From: a virus
Direction: 5' to 3' (one strand)
Virus record (IMG/VR): IMGVR_UViG_3300044846_004348
Location: 1-64,000 of that record
DNA: 64,000 bases
The position numbers and the translations under genes were made by a program. Positions within the stretch are counted from its first letter, which is position 1; every line of letters starts with the position of its first letter. Under the pieces are notes generated by a model, which worked only from the letters and a program-made list of their open reading frames with translations, was not told where the DNA came from and searched no databases. Below, one piece after another: positions 19,669-29,467 of the stretch.

Positions 19669-20054
19669 TGATAGAGTACACAGCGGAATATGATGAAGAT
19701 GTAAAACCTTTTTTATGTAAAAAAATTACTCTTGGTGGCGAAGTTATTCGTACAGAAATAAGTATTCATAATAAAACTGAATTAGATAATCTAACAGATG
19801 AAGTTATTTATGAACATTTAAACAATTTAGTTTTATATATGAAAAACGATTTATCCCCTCAACTAGAGGTTACACCTTATCGACAAGCACTGACTAGCCC
19901 GTGGCCTTTAATTAAATGGCACGAACTTTCACACATTAATGATGAAATATCTGAGTGGCATCAGTTTGTTTACTATAGAACTGAGGTAATCTTTGAAGAA
20001 GACTATGTTGAACCTACTGAACCTGTTGAACCCACCGAGGAGACCCCAGAATAA
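19668..20054 (+). CDS. Hypothetical protein
   Basis: 128-aa ORF translationally coupled to the fibre gene (TAATG). Confidence 0.55.
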   Translation: MIEYTAEYDEDVKPFLCKKITLGGEVIRTEISIHNKTELDNLTDEVIYEHLNNLVLYMKNDLSPQLEVTPYRQALTSPWPLIKWHELSHINDEISEWHQFVYYRTEVIFEEDYVEPTEPVEPTEETPE

Positions 20055-20524
20055 TGTATGAGGTTAAAGATGGTTCAAGAACTCTTCAATTCAATGGAAA
20101 ACTTTTAGGAGAGTCTTCTTCACACCGTAGGGGGTCGACTCGTTGGATCGAGTTCTCTCTTTATAAGACTGAAAATGGCTCTTATGTTCTATCTAGAGTC
20201 GGTGTTTCTTTAGTATTTCATGGGGCAGCATGTCCTTTAGTTAAAAGATATGGACTTGTAGAGGCTTCTCCAAAAGAATTAAGTAAAGATGCTATACCTT
20301 GCGAAGAATGTGATCCTTCTATAAAATTACCTATTGTTTTTCCCGAAAAATATAGAAATTGGGCTCAAGTGTCGGATGAGCCAGAAGCAGTTTTGGATGC
20401 TTTGTACAAGTATGATCAGGGTGGAGCTAGATATTTAACAAATGTTGCTGAAAGATTGTTGGATGTCGCCTCTGACAATGATGCTGGAATTGAGTCTATA
20501 TATAGAATAGAAATGATTCCTTAA
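20054..20524 (+). CDS. Hypothetical protein with a His/Cys metal-binding motif
   Basis: Coupled ORF; FHGAAC..PCEEC. Confidence 0.6.
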   Translation: MYEVKDGSRTLQFNGKLLGESSSHRRGSTRWIEFSLYKTENGSYVLSRVGVSLVFHGAACPLVKRYGLVEASPKELSKDAIPCEECDPSIKLPIVFPEKYRNWAQVSDEPEAVLDALYKYDQGGARYLTNVAERLLDVASDNDAGIESIYRIEMIP

Positions 20525-20528
20525 CTTC

Positions 20529-20557
20529 TTGCAATAAGTATAAATTCTTTATAAACT
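20529..20557 (+). promoter_or_regulatory. Sigma70-type promoter upstream of the DNA polymerase gene
   Basis: TTGCAA-17 nt-TAAACT. Confidence 0.55.
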
Positions 20558-20580
20558 ACAAAAGACGACAAAGGATGTAA

Positions 20581-22416
20581 ATGACGGAAACACAGGCAAA
20601 AGATCTATCTAATGTAAAACTACATTTAGTTGATTCTGTTGAAAAAGCTCAAGAATTTCTTACTTGGTTAAGTGAGAGACGCCCTCATGATGCAATAGCA
20701 ATAGACACTGAAACTGGAGAGAAGTTAGGTGGCGAGCGTTCCGATGCCCTATCTCCTTGGCATGGAAATTTAAGATTAGTTCAAGTTGGAGATGGGGAGC
20801 AGGGCTGGTCTATTCCTTGGGAAGAATGGGCTGGTGTTTTTTATCAGGCTATGGATAAGTTTGATGGTCCAATTGTGTGCCACAATATTGCTTTTGAGGC
20901 TAGATGGTTTGCAATTAAATCTAAATGGGAACTTCCGTGGCATCGTGCTCACGACACAATGATTATGGCTCATATTATTGATCCACTTGGATCTGGTGCT
21001 CTTAAAAAACTTGCTTCTTACTATGTAGATGGAAAAGCGGTTGCTCTTCAAGATACTTTAGATGTATCTCTAGCAACAAATGGTTGGACTTGGGGAACTG
21101 TCCCAACTAATTTTGAGCCTTACTGGTCTTATGGTGCTTTAGATACTGTTTTAACTATGAGAATATGGGAACAGTTTTACCAAAAGTGTGGTCCTGATGG
21201 TCCGTATAACCGTGCTTATGAGTTAGAGATGACTACGAGAAAAATTGTTACTCGTATGGAAATTAACGGTGCTCGTGTTGATTTAGATTATTCTAAGAAA
21301 AAATATCAAGAACTTCTTTCTTATGCAGAGTCTGTTAAGAGCTGGGCATCTAGTACTTATAGTGGAACAAGTATAACTAGCAACATTCAGTTAGTGCGCC
21401 TTTTAGAAAAATTAGGAGCCAATATTACTGAAACTACCCCCACTGGTCAGAAGTCTGCAAGTAAGGATCAGTTACAACTTTTGATGATTGAGGGTAATGA
21501 AGAAGTTAGATATCTTGCAGAAAATGTTTTAAAGCAGAGAAAAGCAGACAAACTTGCTAACACTTATTTTTTAAATTTTTTAAATAAATCTGTAAATGGT
21601 TTAGTTCACCCTTCCGTTAAAACTCTTGGTGCTCGTACATCTCGTATGTCAATCACAGACCCAGCACTACAGACTCTTCCAAAGGGAGATGACACTGTCA
21701 GAACTGCATTTATCCCAAGAGATGATGACCATGTAATTATCACTTCTGATTTAGATCAGGTTGAGTTTAGAATGTTTGCTTCTATGTCTGAAGATTCTAA
21801 TTTAATTTCTTTGTTCCATAAAGCAGATGCCACTGGCTCTGATCCGTTTACTGAGATTGGTCGTCAGGTTTATCAAGACCCTAATATGACTAAATCTGAC
21901 AAGCGCCGTAATTTAATTAAAGGTGTGGTTTACGGTCGTCTATATGGCGCTGGAGTGGCTAAACAAGCCCTTACAGCGGGTGTTCCAGAGGCTCAGATGC
22001 GTTCTGTGTCCGATTCTTTTGATATTAACTATCCAGGAATGATTAATTTTCAAAAAACTATTGAAGACATCGGTATGAGAAGACTTAAATCTGAGGGTCA
22101 GGGTTATGTTCATACATGGACTGGTAGAAGGCTTCCTTGTGATGAGGATCGTGTTTACACTTTAGTAAATTATCTAATTCAAGGTGGTGCTGCGGAAGTT
22201 TTTAAAAGTAATTTGGTAAAACTAGATAAAGCAGATTTAACTGAATACTTAATTGTTCCAGTTCATGATGAAATTGTTCTTCAAGCCCCAAGGGATGAGG
22301 CACAAGAGATTATGAAAGTTGTTCAAGAGTGTATGACTACTACTGAGGGTTGGTCTGTACCTCTTACTTCTGGTATTGATGGTCCTATGGAAAACTGGGG
22401 AGAAAAATATAAATGA
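20581..22416 (+). CDS. polA: DNA polymerase, family A (3'-5' exonuclease plus polymerase)
   Basis: ExoI AIDTET, ExoIII YGALD, motif A DLDQVEFR, motif B KGVVYGRLYG, motif C VHDE. Confidence 0.95.
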   Translation: MTETQAKDLSNVKLHLVDSVEKAQEFLTWLSERRPHDAIAIDTETGEKLGGERSDALSPWHGNLRLVQVGDGEQGWSIPWEEWAGVFYQAMDKFDGPIVCHNIAFEARWFAIKSKWELPWHRAHDTMIMAHIIDPLGSGALKKLASYYVDGKAVALQDTLDVSLATNGWTWGTVPTNFEPYWSYGALDTVLTMRIWEQFYQKCGPDGPYNRAYELEMTTRKIVTRMEINGARVDLDYSKKKYQELLSYAESVKSWASSTYSGTSITSNIQLVRLLEKLGANITETTPTGQKSASKDQLQLLMIEGNEEVRYLAENVLKQRKADKLANTYFLNFLNKSVNGLVHPSVKTLGARTSRMSITDPALQTLPKGDDTVRTAFIPRDDDHVIITSDLDQVEFRMFASMSEDSNLISLFHKADATGSDPFTEIGRQVYQDPNMTKSDKRRNLIKGVVYGRLYGAGVAKQALTAGVPEAQMRSVSDSFDINYPGMINFQKTIEDIGMRRLKSEGQGYVHTWTGRRLPCDEDRVYTLVNYLIQGGAAEVFKSNLVKLDKADLTEYLIVPVHDEIVLQAPRDEAQEIMKVVQECMTTTEGWSVPLTSGIDGPMENWGEKYK

Positions 22417-22880
22417 AATACGTTTTATCTGTTGATCCAGGAAAAGCTAGTGGTATTTGTGTAGTTAAGTGGTCTGGAGATAGTGACGAACTTCCAGAAG
22501 TTCAATTTTCAAATGAGTCTCAACCTGAAGAGTTTTCATATTTTATAGAACTAGCTTTGTCGCAGTGGAAAAGCCTTGACAATTTTTCTGTAGTATGTGA
22601 AAGATTTGTAATAAATGCTCAAACTGTTCGTAACTCTCAGGCTCCTTATAGTTTAGAGCAAATAGGGGTATTGAAACATCTATGTAGACAATATAAATAC
22701 GATGTTGATAGTATTGCCTTTCAAGCTCCAGTTGATGCAAAAACTATGTTTCCTAATGAAAAGTTAAAAATTATTGGCACATGGCATAAAGGTGGAGAAG
22801 GTCATGCTAATGATGCAATAAGACACGCCTTACTACGACTTACTAGACTTGGCTGGATTCCAAGAGTACTATTGTCTTAG
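22413..22880 (+). CDS. RuvC-like Holliday junction resolvase
   Basis: LSVDPGKASG, VVCERF and HANDAIRH RNase H-fold motifs. Confidence 0.75.
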   Translation: MKYVLSVDPGKASGICVVKWSGDSDELPEVQFSNESQPEEFSYFIELALSQWKSLDNFSVVCERFVINAQTVRNSQAPYSLEQIGVLKHLCRQYKYDVDSIAFQAPVDAKTMFPNEKLKIIGTWHKGGEGHANDAIRHALLRLTRLGWIPRVLLS

Positions 22881-22960
22881 AAATTCATACTATTTAAAAA
22901 TTTAGTGTAAATATTTTGAATAGTATAATTTAATTTATATAGTGACATAGAGGAGAGGGT

Positions 22961-24760
22961 TTGTCAGTTTTAGCTGAATTAGATGTAACTAGTTCACACA
23001 TTCTTATTAATGCAGAGTGGAGATTTAAGGAACTTTGCAAAAGTATTCCTGGCTCCGCTTGGTCAGCAACCGATCAGGTGTGGAGAATACCTTTAAGTTG
23101 GACTTCTTGTTTAGCACTGAGATCCACTTTTAGAGATAATTTAGTTATCGGTGAAAACCTGCAACTGTGGGCAAATAATGAATTAGCAACAAGAATTAAT
23201 CCATCTAACGAACTAAGAGAATTAGAAACTCATGATGGTGATGAAAAACTATTTCCTCATCAGAGGGCTGGGGTTAAATTTTTAGCAACAGCTAAGCGTG
23301 CACTTTTAGCAGATGAACCTGGTCTAGGAAAAACTGCGCAGGCTATTAGAGCCTTAAAAGAGATTCAAAATAATGGTCAAGATGTTTTCCCACTTTTAAT
23401 TGTTTGCCCCAACACACTAAAGAAAAACTGGGCAAGAGAATTTACTATGTGGTGGCCAGAAATTAGTACTCAGGTAGTAAAAGGCTCTTCGGCACAAAGA
23501 AATAAGCAACTATCTAACGAATCAGATGTTTATATTATTAATTGGGAATCTTTAAGGTCTCACTCGAGGCTTGCCCCTTATGGCTCAGTATCATTGGCTA
23601 GATGTATTGAGTGTGGCGGTCACAATGAAAAAGTTTCTCTTAATAAGTGTGAAGTACATAAAAGAGAACTAAACAACATTGATTTTAAATCTGTTATCGC
23701 AGATGAGATACACCGTTCTAAAGACCCTAAGAGTAAGCAGAGTAGGGCTCTTTGGGCCGCTACAGGCGATGCTGAAATTAGATTTGCTTTAACTGGAACT
23801 CCTATAGCAAACAATGTTGTTGACCTTTGGGCAATCCTTCATTGGATTTCACCTAAAGACTGGCCTAGCAAAACAAAATGGATTGATCGAATGGTTGACA
23901 TTATGTTAAATGCTTTTGGTGGAATGATAGTTATTGGTGTGAAACCTACTATGCAAGATGAGTTTTATAAATCAGTTAATCCAGTAATGAGAAGAATGCT
24001 TAAAAAAGTTGTGCTTCCTCATCTACCTCCAATTATGAAAGAGCGTAGAGATGTAGAGATGTCTACAAAACAGAAAAAAGCATATGAGCAAATGCGTGAC
24101 ACTATGATTGCTGAACTTACTGACGGTAGCGCAGTTACGGCTCCTAGCGTTTTAACTCAAACTATTCGTTTGCTTCAATTTTCTAGTTCTTTTGCTGAGG
24201 TATCAGTTGATGAAACTACTGGAGAGTCAAAAGTTACTTTAACTGACCCTTCTTGCAAAGTAGATGCTTTGATGGATGACATTAAAAATGGAGACTTTGG
24301 TGATGATTCAGTTGCAGTTTGTGCGGTGTCTCGTCAATTAATTAATATCCTCAGCGCTGCTATGACTAAAGCAAAAATACCTCACGGATTGATTACTGGC
24401 GATCAAGATGAAGATCAAAGACAGCAAGCAATTGATGATTTTCAGTCAGAGAAAATTAAGTGGATTTTATTTACAGCTCAGGCTGGTGGAGTTGGTGTTA
24501 CCTTAACTGCTGCTCGTCGTTTAGTTATGTTGCAAAGACCTTGGTCTCTAGTTGACTACAAACAAGCGTTAGATAGAGTTCATCGTATTGGTAGCGAAAT
24601 ACATGATTCTATCGTGATTACTGATTATGTGACCGATGGAACTATTGAAGAAAGAGTTATACAAGTTTTAGAAACTAAAGCAGACAATTTTGAACAAATT
24701 GTTCGCGATAGGGATCAACTGATTAAGTTATTACAAGATGATAAGGAAGGAAAACTGTGA
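22961..24760 (+). CDS. SNF2-family (SF2) helicase
   Basis: LADEPGLGKT, DEIH, LTGTP, GVGVTLTAA, QALDRVHRIG. Confidence 0.92.
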   Translation: MSVLAELDVTSSHILINAEWRFKELCKSIPGSAWSATDQVWRIPLSWTSCLALRSTFRDNLVIGENLQLWANNELATRINPSNELRELETHDGDEKLFPHQRAGVKFLATAKRALLADEPGLGKTAQAIRALKEIQNNGQDVFPLLIVCPNTLKKNWAREFTMWWPEISTQVVKGSSAQRNKQLSNESDVYIINWESLRSHSRLAPYGSVSLARCIECGGHNEKVSLNKCEVHKRELNNIDFKSVIADEIHRSKDPKSKQSRALWAATGDAEIRFALTGTPIANNVVDLWAILHWISPKDWPSKTKWIDRMVDIMLNAFGGMIVIGVKPTMQDEFYKSVNPVMRRMLKKVVLPHLPPIMKERRDVEMSTKQKKAYEQMRDTMIAELTDGSAVTAPSVLTQTIRLLQFSSSFAEVSVDETTGESKVTLTDPSCKVDALMDDIKNGDFGDDSVAVCAVSRQLINILSAAMTKAKIPHGLITGDQDEDQRQQAIDDFQSEKIKWILFTAQAGGVGVTLTAARRLVMLQRPWSLVDYKQALDRVHRIGSEIHDSIVITDYVTDGTIEERVIQVLETKADNFEQIVRDRDQLIKLLQDDKEGKL

Positions 24761-25686
24761 GCGAAGTTATTAGATTATCTAACTCTGAACTACAAGTTTT
24801 TAAAGATTGTAGAAGGAAGTGGTGGCTTCAGTACTATAGAAGGCTCCAACCAAAAAGCAAAGATATGACTGGTGCTTTGGCTTTAGGTTCTCGTATCCAT
24901 GCTGCTTTGGATGATCATTACGCAAATAATACTCCCTTATTAGAAGCTCACTCAAAACTAGTAGAAACTGATAGGCAAATACTTCTTGCTGATTTTAGAG
25001 ACACTCAGGATTTAGATAATGAAGCCGACTTAGGTCGCATCATGCTTGAGGGGTACGAAGAGTGGGTTCAGGAAAACGGTATTGATGCCGAACTAGAAAT
25101 GATTTCAACTGAAGAAAAAATTATTGCTCCTCTATTTAATGGTGCCGTAGAACTTCAAGGAAAACTTGATATGCGTGTTCGCAGGAAAGGTGACGGAGCA
25201 AGAATGTTTCGTGACTTTAAAACCGTTGGTGGGTCATTAAGTGATTTTGCAAATCTTGCACCAATGAATGAGCAAATTCTAACTTACATGCTTCTTGAAT
25301 CAACAAAGGTTGATGAGAAAGAAAGAAGTGATGGTGGAATTTTTACTATGATTAAAAAAGTAAAAAGAACTGCTTCTGCTAGGCCACCTTTTTATGACCA
25401 AATAGAAGTTCGTCATAATATTTTTACTCTCAGATCTTTTTGGGACAGAATACACGGCACTATTGCAGATTTGATGAGAGTTAGAACTGCTTTAGACGAA
25501 GGTGAGAAACATCAATATGTTGCTTACCCAAAGCCAAGCCGTGACTGTAAATGGAAATGCCAATTTTTCACTATATGCACACTCATAGATGACGGAAGTT
25601 CATCAGAGCAGGCAATTAGTGAAATGTATGAGGTCGCAGACCCATACGCATATTACGAAACAAACGAAAACAAAGGAAGCGAGTGA
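24757..25686 (+). CDS. Cas4/RecB-like PD-(D/E)xK exonuclease
   Basis: FKDCRRKW, GSRIH, GKLD..DFKT and C-terminal CKWKCQFFTIC (Fe-S cysteines). Confidence 0.85.
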   Translation: MSEVIRLSNSELQVFKDCRRKWWLQYYRRLQPKSKDMTGALALGSRIHAALDDHYANNTPLLEAHSKLVETDRQILLADFRDTQDLDNEADLGRIMLEGYEEWVQENGIDAELEMISTEEKIIAPLFNGAVELQGKLDMRVRRKGDGARMFRDFKTVGGSLSDFANLAPMNEQILTYMLLESTKVDEKERSDGGIFTMIKKVKRTASARPPFYDQIEVRHNIFTLRSFWDRIHGTIADLMRVRTALDEGEKHQYVAYPKPSRDCKWKCQFFTICTLIDDGSSSEQAISEMYEVADPYAYYETNENKGSE

Positions 25687-26453
25687 CGATGGGCGTTCAA
25701 CGTTCACTAACGGTAATGGTTTATGGAGAAAGTAAAGTTGGTAAATCCAGTTTTGCTGTAACAGCTCCTTACCCTCGTCTAATGCTTGATGTCGAAGGCG
25801 GTCACAGATTTTTGCCTATCGTTGTTAAGTATTGGGATCCGCTTCGTGAGGAGCCACCAATTGCTGATGGTACTTGGGACACATGTGTGGTCACAGTTCG
25901 TGACTACGACACAGTCTTAAAAACTTATCAATGGTTGCAACTCGGGAAGCATCATTTCAAGAGTCTAATTATTGACTCAGTATCTGAACTTCAAGTTAAA
26001 TGCTTGGAAAACATTGCTGGTGTTAATCAAATGACTCAACAGCAGTGGGGTGAATTGCTTCGTCACATGGGTGGTCTTCTAAGAGATCTTCGTGACTTGA
26101 CAATGCATGCTACTAATCCATTAGAAGCAGTTGTTTTAACTGCTATGGCTCGTACAAGTCAAGACGGAAGATATCGTCCTTACTTGCAGGGTCAATTAGC
26201 AATTCAAGCACCTTACTTCTATGACATTTTGGGAGCTCTAACTGTAGAAGAGAGAGCAAACCCAGATCCTACTCAACCTAACTACAAAGTAAGACGTATG
26301 TATGTTGAGCGCACAAACAACTATGAAGCAGGAGAACGTGTTCAAGGTCGCCTTGGTTCAATAGTTGAACAAGAAAACTTGTCTATCGAGAGGATGCTTG
26401 ACATCGTCTTTGGAGAAAGACAAGATGAAGCAAGTAAAAGTAAAAGTAAGTAA
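25683..26453 (+). CDS. Sak4-like AAA ATPase / recombinase
   Basis: Walker A YGESKVGKS, LDVEGG, IIDSVSE; lies between the exonuclease and SSB genes. Confidence 0.85.
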   Translation: MTMGVQRSLTVMVYGESKVGKSSFAVTAPYPRLMLDVEGGHRFLPIVVKYWDPLREEPPIADGTWDTCVVTVRDYDTVLKTYQWLQLGKHHFKSLIIDSVSELQVKCLENIAGVNQMTQQQWGELLRHMGGLLRDLRDLTMHATNPLEAVVLTAMARTSQDGRYRPYLQGQLAIQAPYFYDILGALTVEERANPDPTQPNYKVRRMYVERTNNYEAGERVQGRLGSIVEQENLSIERMLDIVFGERQDEASKSKSK

Positions 26454-26479
26454 CTACGAGGTAAGGAAAAAACAAAACC

Positions 26480-27004
26480 ATGAGTACTCTTAACTGGAGT
26501 GATCTGATTAAAGAAGCTGGCGAAACAGGAAACTATGAGCCACTTCCAGACGGTGATTACGACTTAGCAGTTCTTGAAGCAACTGCAAAAGTTACACAAT
26601 CGGGAAAAACTATGTTCTCGATTAAAGCACAAGTACAAACTGGTGCACATTCAAAGCGTTTAGTTTGGGATAATTTGGTGGTTTCACCAGATAGCCCAAG
26701 TGCGCTTGGAATCTTCTTCCGTAAAATGCATGCAATGGGTATAGATAGATCATTTTTTGATAATGGTCCATCAAATGCTCAGATTGAGCAATCATTAATT
26801 GGAAAGAAGTTCCGTGGACAAGTAGGAACTCGTACTTGGAATGGTAATAAGAAGAATGAAATTAAGAACTATTACCCAGTAACTGCAACAGCGACGGCAC
26901 CTGTAGTTTCTGCAGCAGCACCTGCTCCAGCACCTGCACCAGCGCCAGCGCCTGCTCCAGCAGCAGCACCTGCGCCTGGATCAGCACCAGCAGCACCTTT
27001 CTAA
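26480..27004 (+). CDS. Single-stranded DNA-binding protein (DUF669-like)
   Basis: YEPLPDGDY..SGKTM motif, Ala/Pro tail ending in PF; follows the Sak4-like gene. Confidence 0.75.
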   Translation: MSTLNWSDLIKEAGETGNYEPLPDGDYDLAVLEATAKVTQSGKTMFSIKAQVQTGAHSKRLVWDNLVVSPDSPSALGIFFRKMHAMGIDRSFFDNGPSNAQIEQSLIGKKFRGQVGTRTWNGNKKNEIKNYYPVTATATAPVVSAAAPAPAPAPAPAPAPAAAPAPGSAPAAPF

Positions 27005-27023
27005 AGGCTGCTTTAAAAATTAT

Positions 27024-27070
27024 TGGATTGCCGTTCAGCAAAGGTTGGACGGCAATCCATTAAATTTATT
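27024..27070 (+). terminator. Terminator hairpin after the SSB gene
   Basis: Perfect 11-bp stem TGGATTGCCGT/ACGGCAATCCA, extended by GU pairs and flanked by A/T tracts. Confidence 0.75.
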
Positions 27071-27088
27071 TAAATAGAAGAGGAGTAT

Positions 27089-28111
27089 ATGAAAATACTT
27101 ATTACTGGATCTACGTCATCTCAGTATTCATCTAGGTCTAATGAAAGAATTCCTACTTTTACAGGTTTTGTTAATACTTCTTTGTTAGAAACAGGTCATT
27201 CTGTATTGTGGCAAGAGCCGTCTTTAGAGATGAGTAAAGATTGGTTAGATCAATTCGATAAAATTATTGTTGGAGTCTCCTCTCCTTCTAGTCTTTCAGC
27301 AAATAGAATTTATGGTGCTCTATCTGTAATAAATTATGCAAAAGAGTTAGGTAAACTCATATTATTATTGGATGCACCAGAGCCATATAAGCTTTGGTCT
27401 GGGATTAGAGCTATCTACAACAAACCGTCTGAGTTAGTGAAGCCTTTTTATATTAAAAGATACGAATACTTAGATGTAGTTAATAACGATGAGGCGCATA
27501 GGTTGGTTAATACTGTTGCTGATTTATATAAAAATGAATGGCCTACTACTCTGTATCCATCCAATCCTTGGATCACATCCGATGTTTTAACAAAAAATAT
27601 ACCTAATCTAGATGCCGATAATGCTCATGGTCTATGTTTTGACTCTTTTATTTTGCAAGATATACCTAGATTAAATTTAAACTACGAAGACTATTGGTGC
27701 GTGGATCAGCAGAACACTAAGTGGTCTAAAGACATATCAAAAACTTTGGCTAAACCAGTTATACCTATAAGGGATCACAAATGGCAGAGCCATAATGACG
27801 CTTTAGCAAGGCTTGATTCATCTTTAGGGATGATTATTAGCGTTTATAAAAACTCTGAGCCTTGGTGGTCTGTGATGCTTTCTCATGCTCTTTTACTAGA
27901 GATACCAGTGGTAACGGAGTGGCGTAATACTTCATTTTTAGGGAGTGAGTGGGCTTTTATTCCTGCAGAAATAGAAGACATGAGTCCTGTTGAAAGAAAT
28001 AGTCTTGCTAAAAGACAAAAAAATATATACATAGAATCGATGCCTGATGCAAATGAGGTATTAAAAAAGTTAGAAAACTCCATATTAAACGCCATAAAAA
28101 CTAGTGTTTAA
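27089..28111 (+). CDS. Putative GT-B fold glycosyltransferase (possibly DNA-modifying)
   Basis: MKILITG start, GHSV and DKIIVG strands, C-terminal WWS..HALLLEIPVVT resembling the GT-B donor-binding segment; SD GAGGAG. Confidence 0.5.
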   Translation: MKILITGSTSSQYSSRSNERIPTFTGFVNTSLLETGHSVLWQEPSLEMSKDWLDQFDKIIVGVSSPSSLSANRIYGALSVINYAKELGKLILLLDAPEPYKLWSGIRAIYNKPSELVKPFYIKRYEYLDVVNNDEAHRLVNTVADLYKNEWPTTLYPSNPWITSDVLTKNIPNLDADNAHGLCFDSFILQDIPRLNLNYEDYWCVDQQNTKWSKDISKTLAKPVIPIRDHKWQSHNDALARLDSSLGMIISVYKNSEPWWSVMLSHALLLEIPVVTEWRNTSFLGSEWAFIPAEIEDMSPVERNSLAKRQKNIYIESMPDANEVLKKLENSILNAIKTSV

Positions 28112-28112
28112 T

Positions 28113-28121
28113 TGGTAAAAT
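28113..28121 (+). promoter_or_regulatory. Extended -10 promoter
   Basis: TGGTAAAAT (TGn-TAnnnT) in the intergenic gap; the same 9-mer precedes the 2863-aa gene. Confidence 0.45.
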
Positions 28122-28145
28122 AAACAAACAAAGGAAGGATAAATT

Positions 28146-28565
28146 ATGGCAGATGTAGATATAGAGTGGGTTAAATCCCAACTCGAGGCTGTAAAAGTAA
28201 GAAAAATGGTTGGCGATGCAGTTATAAAACTTATTGATACATGGGCAGATGTAGCTATAACTGATAAATTATCTGAAGAAGCTTTAGATATTTTTAATAA
28301 ACTGTCCCGCAATCAACCTTTAATTGAAATAGATAAAAACGAAGTCTGGGTTCCAGTAACTCCTGGTCAAATAAAAGTTGCAGATGAAGTAAGAGTTAAA
28401 AGTGATGCCTACTCTGGAGATCTTGGTCGTCTGCACAATGGTCGAAGGGGTCGAGTAGTTGGTGTACGTTACGGAGATGTAATTGTTAAATCTACTGACA
28501 ACAAAAAACCAGTACTAGATGGTGCCCACTACAGTCCATATATTTTGGAAAAGTTAGTTAAGTAG
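28146..28565 (+). CDS. Hypothetical protein with an SH3/KOW-like C-terminal half
   Basis: DEVRVK..HNGRRGRVVGVRYGDVIVK; SD present. Confidence 0.6.
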   Translation: MADVDIEWVKSQLEAVKVRKMVGDAVIKLIDTWADVAITDKLSEEALDIFNKLSRNQPLIEIDKNEVWVPVTPGQIKVADEVRVKSDAYSGDLGRLHNGRRGRVVGVRYGDVIVKSTDNKKPVLDGAHYSPYILEKLVK

Positions 28566-28780
28566 TGAAATCAGTAGTTCTAAATTTAGAAATACGTGGT
28601 GACTCTTACGCTGATTTAATTTACATAGCTGAAGAGTGTCTTTCTAATTTTTTAGAGGTTGACATAGATGAAATTAACAGGTATGTTCAGTACGAGTTAC
28701 AAGTTTTAGAAGATTTAGATGAAGAAACAGAAACTAAATACGTTGCAGAACTGATAGCGAGGATAAAAGATGGAAATTAA
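28565..28780 (+). CDS. Hypothetical acidic protein
   Basis: 71-aa ORF overlapping both neighbours. Confidence 0.55.
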   Translation: MKSVVLNLEIRGDSYADLIYIAEECLSNFLEVDIDEINRYVQYELQVLEDLDEETETKYVAELIARIKDGN

Positions 28781-29111
28781 TGAGCAGGCGCAAAAATATA
28801 ACGAGCAAGTAGTTACTCCTCCCGCTAAAGTTTCTGTAAGAGTAGAGGCTTTAAGAGAAGCTGCAAAAATTATTGATGGAGATAGAAACAATCAGTACGG
28901 AAGTCCTGAAGATAATTTTGACAGAACTGCAAAAATTTGGTCTGTAATTTTAGATCATAATGTGACAGCAGAAGATGTAGCAATGATGATGGTTGGGTTA
29001 AAAATGGCACGGTTTGCTGCAAAATCTGGTTTTCAAGGAGATACTTGGATTGATATAGCAGGTTATGCAGGCTGTGGTTATGAAGTAGGAAAGAAAAACA
29101 GTAACTCTTAA
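28770..29111 (+). CDS. DUF6378-like protein (putative nucleotide-metabolism helical domain)
   Basis: EAAKIIDGDRNNQYGSPEDNF..W..DVAMMM..LK.AR..DTWIDIAGY. Confidence 0.75.
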   Translation: MEINEQAQKYNEQVVTPPAKVSVRVEALREAAKIIDGDRNNQYGSPEDNFDRTAKIWSVILDHNVTAEDVAMMMVGLKMARFAAKSGFQGDTWIDIAGYAGCGYEVGKKNSNS

Positions 29112-29133
29112 ACTATAAAAAGAAAGAAGTAAA

Positions 29134-29430
29134 GTGGGCAGCCTAAGAAAACCTTCAGAATACGAACGCCCTCTCTGCGCTGAAATAGGTGGAGATCTAT
29201 TTTTTAGCGACGATGTCGACACTAGAAGTACAGATAGTTTAAGAAGATTTAGAATGGCTAAAAAAATTTGTAATAGTTGTGAGCATATCGAAGAGTGCGC
29301 TAGGTGGGGTTTAGAAAATGAAGTTTATGGGATATGGGGTGGGACATCTCCCACTGATAGAAGAGAAACTAGACATAAAAGAAACATAAAACCCCCTGTA
29401 GAAACCCTCTATAACTTAAATATCATATAA
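29134..29430 (+). CDS. whiB: WhiB-family Fe-S transcriptional regulator
   Basis: C..FF..AKKICNSC..EC..YGIWGG. Confidence 0.9.
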   Translation: MGSLRKPSEYERPLCAEIGGDLFFSDDVDTRSTDSLRRFRMAKKICNSCEHIEECARWGLENEVYGIWGGTSPTDRRETRHKRNIKPPVETLYNLNII

Positions 29431-29467
29431 AATATACACATAGATATTTAATAGTTGGGAGCGATTT

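Noticed and set aside
24757-25686. Cas4-like gene as a sign of CRISPR-Cas
   Set aside because: No repeat-spacer array or other cas genes seen; the exonuclease-Sak4-SSB context indicates recombination
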